This document shows positions 35,048 through 39,560 of a DNA stretch of 39,560 bases, piece by piece. The stretch is from Clostridia bacterium. Lineage in GTDB: Bacteria > Bacillota > Clostridia > Oscillospirales > CAG-272. How positions within the stretch are numbered: the first letter of the stretch is position 1; every line of letters starts with the position of its first letter. Where the stretch lies: the NCBI GenBank assembly GCA_017648085.1, contig JAGCJI010000141.1:1-39560 (forward strand). The letters run 5' to 3'. The notes beneath the pieces were generated by a model. That model had not been told where the DNA came from. It made no database searches and was given only the letters and a program-made list of their open reading frames with translations. A program made the position numbers and the translations under genes.

Positions 35048-35848
35048 ATGAATTTTGTCTGTCCCAAATGCCGCGAGCCGCTTTTCGTATCTGATGGCGG
35101 CACGGCTAAATGTAAAAATAATCACTCCTACGACAGAGCACGCCAGGGGTACTATAATCTGCTTCTTACCTCGGTGGGCGGCACGCACGGTGACAATCTC
35201 GAAATGGTGGAGGCACGGCGTGATTTTCTTGACACGGGTGCGTATCTTCCGCTTGCTAAAAGGATTTCCTTGTTACTCCGCAAATACGCTCGCGGTCCGC
35301 GCGTGCTTGACGTTGGATGCGGTGAGGGGTATTATACCGACATAATACTCGCCGAAAATCCCGCGCTCTCCGTATCGGCGTTCGACATTTCTCGCGATGC
35401 GGTTAAGCATGCGGCAAAAAGGAATAAAGGACTTGCGCTTGCCGTGGCGGGTGCGTACGATATGCCGGTTGCTGACGGGAGCTTTGACGTTGTTTTGAAT
35501 ATGTTTTCGCCTCTTGTGCCGGCCGAGGTGCATAGAGCACTTGATGAGGGCGGAATTTTTATTATGGCTGTGCCGGGGGAGGAGCATCTCTTCGCGCTCA
35601 AGAGCGCGACCTACAAAACTCCTTATAAAAATGAGCTTTCAGATTCTGCGCTTGACGGCTTTTCCTTGCTCCACACCGAACGGCTCACCTACGAGCTACG
35701 GCTTGATGAGCCTGAGAAGATTCGTACGCTGTTTATGATGACTCCCTACGCCTACCGCACTCGCAAAGAGGATAGGGAAAGGGTTCTTTCGCTAAAAGAG
35801 CTTGCGACAGAGGTTGATTTTGTAATTTTTGTTTATAAAAAGGCGTAG
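35048..35848 (+). CDS. rlmA: RlmA-like 23S rRNA (guanine-N1) methyltransferase
   Basis: Zn finger CPKC...C..NHSYDRARQGYYNLL, GD..EMVEARRDFL..G.Y, LDVGCGEGYY, HLF.LK and LFMMTPY. Confidence 0.85.
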   Translation: MNFVCPKCREPLFVSDGGTAKCKNNHSYDRARQGYYNLLLTSVGGTHGDNLEMVEARRDFLDTGAYLPLAKRISLLLRKYARGPRVLDVGCGEGYYTDIILAENPALSVSAFDISRDAVKHAAKRNKGLALAVAGAYDMPVADGSFDVVLNMFSPLVPAEVHRALDEGGIFIMAVPGEEHLFALKSATYKTPYKNELSDSALDGFSLLHTERLTYELRLDEPEKIRTLFMMTPYAYRTRKEDRERVLSLKELATEVDFVIFVYKKA

Positions 35849-35878
35849 TGGATGCCGCTTTATTGTCGTTTTTTTCGC

Positions 35879-35907
35879 TTGACACGCAGTGCGCATAGTA
35901 ATATAAT
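35879..35907 (+). promoter_or_regulatory. Consensus sigma-A promoter
   Basis: TTGACA(35879-35884)-17-TATAAT(35902-35907). Confidence 0.8.
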
Positions 35908-35949
35908 ATTAAAAAAGCGCGGGCACTTGCCTGCGATACGGAGTTTTAA

Positions 35950-36390
35950 ATGGATTTAAATCACGGAAAATATCTTGGTGTCGATTACGGTGACGTCAGG
36001 ACGGGAATTGCAGAATGTGACCCTGCCGGGATGCTTGCGAGCGGTATAACCACCGTGAAAGAGGGCGGAATGAAAAACACCGCCGCGCGCGTAGCAAGGG
36101 AGGCAGAAAGTCGCGGCTGTAAAAAAATAATTATCGGCTTGCCGAAAAATATGGATGGCAGCGAGGGCTCTAGGGCGGATACCGTGCGAGCTTTTGCCGA
36201 CATTTTAAGCGAGCTTACGGATATTCCGATAGACTTTTTTGACGAGCGAATGAGCACGATGGCGGCATACCGTTTTCTTGACGGCACTGCGACCTACGGC
36301 AAAAAACGCCGTGAGTCCATCGATACGCTCTCTGCGGAAATTATCCTGCAGGGATATATTGATAGGGAGCGCGCGCAGAAGAAGATTTGA
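35950..36390 (+). CDS. ruvX: YqgF/RuvX pre-16S rRNA nuclease (Holliday junction resolvase-like)
   Basis: LGVDYGDVRTGIA, IIGLPKNMDGSEG, DERMST and ID.LSA.IILQ. Confidence 0.93.
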   Translation: MDLNHGKYLGVDYGDVRTGIAECDPAGMLASGITTVKEGGMKNTAARVAREAESRGCKKIIIGLPKNMDGSEGSRADTVRAFADILSELTDIPIDFFDERMSTMAAYRFLDGTATYGKKRRESIDTLSAEIILQGYIDRERAQKKI

Positions 36391-36494
36391 TTTATGCGAT
36401 ACGGTGAGATTTCGCATTTAATATTTCGCGGCATTGCCGCAACTGCGGGGGCGTGTGAAATGAAAGGCGCGCTTAACAGTTAGGAAAGGGAAAA

Positions 36495-37583
36495 ATGGAA
36501 AACACAAAAAAGAAAAACGGGTTCGTTGAATTTCTCAATTCACGCGGTGTCAGTCTTTCGCCGAAGCTGTACTTCGTTGACGCGATGAGCGCAATGGCCC
36601 TCGGACTTTTCGCCTCTCTGCTTATGGGAACGATTTTCGGAACTATCGTAAAGTACATACCCGCGGGCAATGTTTTTAGCGACTTTTTCACGCTTTTGTC
36701 CGGTGCGGGCGGCGCAACGGGCGCAATCATAGGAGTTGCGATAGCGTACTCTCTCAAAGCTCCCATCCTCGTAATGCTTTCGGCGGGAGTCGTCGGTATG
36801 TTTGGTAACGCCTACGGCGCGACGGTTATCTTTGAGGGGGCGGAAAAACCGGTTACCGCCGGACCTCTCGGCGCATTCGTATGCGTACTGATAGCCGTTG
36901 AGATAGGCAAGCTCGTGTCAAAGCAAACCAAGGTCGATATTCTTGTGACACCTGCCACGACACTCGGCGTCGGCGCGCTGGTAGCAATGCTGACCTGTCC
37001 CCTCATCGCCTACGCGATGCATTGGCTCGGATACTTTATAAACTACGCGACGACCATCTACCCCTTGTTTATGGGAATTATCATTTCGGTCGTTGTGGGA
37101 ATTATATTAACTCTCCCGATTTCCTCGGCGGCGATATGCGCAATGGTCGGAATTACGGGGCTTGCAGGCGGTGCTGCGGTTGCCGGCTGTTGTGCGCAGA
37201 TGGTAGGCTTCGCTGTGATTTCATTCCGCGAAAACAAGTGGGGCGGCGTCGTGGCGCAGGGCCTTGGTACGTCAATGCTTCAGATGGGCAACATAGTGAA
37301 AAATCCTCTTATCTGGATACCCGCAACCCTTGCTTCCGCTATCACGGGCCCCCTCTCTACCTGCCTTTTCAAGCTTGAATGCACGGGCGCAAGCGGTGGA
37401 ATGGGCACGTGCGGACTCGTCGGTCCTATCGGCGTTTTCTCGGATATGGGCTTTAATGCTACCTCTATTCTCGGCGTCGTGCTTATTTGTATAGTTCTCC
37501 CCGCTGTCCTCTCCCTTGTTTTCTCTGAAATTATGAGAAAGCTCGGATGGATAAAGCCGGGAGATATGAAGCTCGACCTTTGA
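36495..37583 (+). CDS. PTS EIIC-like membrane protein (PfoR / EIIC_2 family)
   Basis: MSAMALGLFASL, TKVDILVTP, LTLPISSAA, GCCAQMVGFAV.S, QGLGTSMLQ and GMGTCGLVG. Confidence 0.85.
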   Translation: MENTKKKNGFVEFLNSRGVSLSPKLYFVDAMSAMALGLFASLLMGTIFGTIVKYIPAGNVFSDFFTLLSGAGGATGAIIGVAIAYSLKAPILVMLSAGVVGMFGNAYGATVIFEGAEKPVTAGPLGAFVCVLIAVEIGKLVSKQTKVDILVTPATTLGVGALVAMLTCPLIAYAMHWLGYFINYATTIYPLFMGIIISVVVGIILTLPISSAAICAMVGITGLAGGAAVAGCCAQMVGFAVISFRENKWGGVVAQGLGTSMLQMGNIVKNPLIWIPATLASAITGPLSTCLFKLECTGASGGMGTCGLVGPIGVFSDMGFNATSILGVVLICIVLPAVLSLVFSEIMRKLGWIKPGDMKLDL

Positions 37584-37601
37584 TTTTGAAAGGAGAAATT
37601 T

Positions 37602-39044
37602 ATGTCTAGCGTAAATTACACTTTGCTTTGTGACTTTTACGAGCTAACGATGGCGAACGGCTACTTTGAGCTTGGTAAGGGTGACGAGATCGCATATTTT
37701 GACGTTTTCTTCCGTAAGGTGCCGGACGGTGGCGGATTTGCCATTGCCGCGGGACTTGAGCAGGTTATAGAGTATATTAAGACCTTGAAGTTTACCGAGG
37801 AGGATATCGCTTTTCTTCGTGAGAAGGGGATTTTTTCAGAGGGATTTCTTAACTACCTAAAGACCTTCCGGTTTACCGGCGACATATACGCCGTTCCCGA
37901 GGGAACGCCTATTTTCCCCGGCGAGCCTATAATGACGGTCAGAGCCCCCTCTATTGAGGCACAGTTTATAGAAACGTTTATTTTGCTTTGCTTAAACCAC
38001 CAGTCGCTTATAGCAACCAAGGCAAACCGAGTTGTCAGAGCCGCGCAGGGCAGACCTGTGGCGGAATTCGGCTCTCGTAGAGCGCAGGGCGCTGACGGCG
38101 CGGTGCTTGGCGCAAGAGCGGCATATATCGGTGGCTGTGCGGCAACCGCCTGCACGATCTCTGATCGTGACTACGCGATCCCCGCAACCGGAACTATGGC
38201 GCATTCCTGGGTGCAAATGTTTGATACGGAGTATGATGCCTTTGTTTCTTACTGCAAAATGTACCCGAACAACGCAACTCTGCTCGTCGATACCTACGAC
38301 GTTTTAAAGAGCGGAGTTCCAAATGCGATCCGTGCCTTCCGCGAGGTGCTTTTACCCCTCGGAATCAAAAAGTGCGGAATCCGACTTGACTCGGGAGATA
38401 TTACCTACCTTTCCAAAAAGGCTAGAAAAATGCTTGACGAGGCAGGATTTACCGAGTGTAAGATAGTCGTTTCCAATTCTCTTGACGAAAATATAATCCG
38501 CGACATAATTCATCAAGGCGCGGCAATCGATTCCTTTGGCGTTGGCGAGCGACTCATTACCGCGAAGTCCCAGCCGGTATTCGGCGGTGTCTATAAGCTC
38601 GTTGCCAAGGAGGAGGGCGGCGAGGTCATTCCCAAAATCAAAATCTCCGAAAATCCCGAAAAGATCACCAATCCCCACTTTAAAAAGGTGTACAGAATTT
38701 ACGATAAGGAAACGGGAAAGGCGTCTGCTGACCTCTTGTGTGTACACGACGAGGTGCTTGACGAGAATAGACCGCTCTCGATATTCGACCCTGTCGAAAC
38801 ATGGAAGACCAAGGAGTTTACGAACTACAGCCTGCGCGAGCTGCTCGTTCCGATATTTAAGGGCGGCGAGTGTGTTTACAAGACTCCCCCGATATCCGAA
38901 ATTCAGAGCTATTGCCGTGCCGAGATAGAAACTCTTTGGGACGAGGTCAAGCGCTTTGAGAATCCTCACCGTTACTACGTTGACCTTTCCGAGAAACTTT
39001 GGAACATAAAAATGCGACTTCTCAAAAACGGCGGTAAAAAGTAA
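37602..39044 (+). CDS. pncB: Nicotinate phosphoribosyltransferase
   Basis: DFYELTM, EFGSRRAQG, GTMAHSW, LVDTYD, IRLDSGD, SNSLDE, FGVG and VYKL. Confidence 0.95.
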   Translation: MSSVNYTLLCDFYELTMANGYFELGKGDEIAYFDVFFRKVPDGGGFAIAAGLEQVIEYIKTLKFTEEDIAFLREKGIFSEGFLNYLKTFRFTGDIYAVPEGTPIFPGEPIMTVRAPSIEAQFIETFILLCLNHQSLIATKANRVVRAAQGRPVAEFGSRRAQGADGAVLGARAAYIGGCAATACTISDRDYAIPATGTMAHSWVQMFDTEYDAFVSYCKMYPNNATLLVDTYDVLKSGVPNAIRAFREVLLPLGIKKCGIRLDSGDITYLSKKARKMLDEAGFTECKIVVSNSLDENIIRDIIHQGAAIDSFGVGERLITAKSQPVFGGVYKLVAKEEGGEVIPKIKISENPEKITNPHFKKVYRIYDKETGKASADLLCVHDEVLDENRPLSIFDPVETWKTKEFTNYSLRELLVPIFKGGECVYKTPPISEIQSYCRAEIETLWDEVKRFENPHRYYVDLSEKLWNIKMRLLKNGGKK

Positions 39045-39133
39045 AACGCGGAAACCGCTCTAAGATATAATAAAACAAAGATTTTCTACCGTGACGGTAG
39101 AGCTATTATATAAGCTTACGTCACGTCTTATCG

Positions 39134-39161
39134 GGCGGAGAGATAAAATTTTCTCTCCGCC
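39134..39161. terminator. Hairpin between pncB and the thiI promoter
   Basis: GGCGGAGAGA...TCTCTCCGCC 10-bp stem followed by TTGAATTTTTT. Confidence 0.55.
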
Positions 39162-39190
39162 TTGAATTTTTTCATAGTTTATAGTATAAT
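39162..39190 (+). promoter_or_regulatory. sigma-A promoter for thiI
   Basis: TTGAAT(39162-39167)-17-TATAAT(39185-39190). Confidence 0.65.
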
Positions 39191-39220
39191 AGTTTTGCTA
39201 TAAAAGTATTGGAGCTTGAT

Positions 39221-39560
39221 ATGTTAAATGAAGTAATCCTCTGTAAATACGGAGAAATAGTTTTAAAGGGCGCGAACAGACAGAATTTTGAATCGCTTCT
39301 TATAAAGGAATTGCGCCGCAGAGCCAGCCCCCACGGAATTTTTAAAATTTATTCTAGCCAAAGCACTATATACGTTGAGCCGCAGAATGACGAATGTGAC
39401 ATCGATTCTATGTACGATGCGGCGCGCAAGGTGTTCGGTATTATCGCCGTTAACCGCGCGGCTGTATGCGACAAAACGATGGAGAGCATAGTCGAAACGG
39501 TCAAGAGCTATCTACCCGAAAAGCTTCGCGGCAAGCGCACTTTTAAGGTAGACGCAAGAC
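39221..39560 (+). CDS. thiI: tRNA 4-thiouridine synthase ThiI, 3'-truncated by the window edge (not in the ORF track)
   Basis: Manual translation MLNEVILCKYGEIVLKGANRQNFE...KVFGI...TFKVDAR matches the ThiI N-terminal ferredoxin-like/THUMP start; GGAG SD. Confidence 0.9.
   Translation, partial: MLNEVILCKYGEIVLKGANRQNFESLLIKELRRRASPHGIFKIYSSQSTIYVEPQNDECDIDSMYDAARKVFGIIAVNRAAVCDKTMESIVETVKSYLPEKLRGKRTFKVDAR

Noticed and set aside
39084-39102. Palindrome TCTACCG-TGA-CGGTAGA downstream of pncB
   Set aside because: It is a single short stem with no repeat or U-tail, which is insufficient evidence for a function.

Overview
This window is mostly core chromosome from a Clostridia-like Firmicute, judged from many near-consensus sigma-A promoters, glutamine synthetase type III, ThiT, TrmK and a PfoR-type EIIC. 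Recognisable genes include ogg, a DUF6062-like protein, a YhaN-like SMC ATPase, rbsK, a lysophospholipase, miaA, galK, recA, recX, an ABC exporter, GSIII, a DEDDh exonuclease, thiT behind a TPP riboswitch, thiN, a YnbB-like PLP enzyme, a YjjG-like HAD, ylmH, a parvulin PPIase, rsmF, an M16 peptidase, prfB, a DUF1858 protein, trmK, nif3, dapA, queA, rlmA, ruvX/yqgF, pncB and the 5' part of thiI. Five things stand out as non-routine. (i) There are three paralogues of an uncharacterised beta-helix-type lipoprotein family, one of them an in-frame N/C-terminal fusion joined at a DxDxDG motif. (ii) An unannotated 35-aa YxxP-leader peptide gene with its own promoter and terminator sits between two of those paralogues. 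(iii) An array of about 125-nt long hairpins with compensatory base changes follows queA, with a duplicated queA 3' end. (iv) The Ogg glycosylase carries a five-cysteine insertion. (v) prfB has no programmed frameshift. No CRISPR array, tRNA, rRNA, transposase or integrase was recognised. All calls come from reading motifs by eye; no database search or folding program was run.
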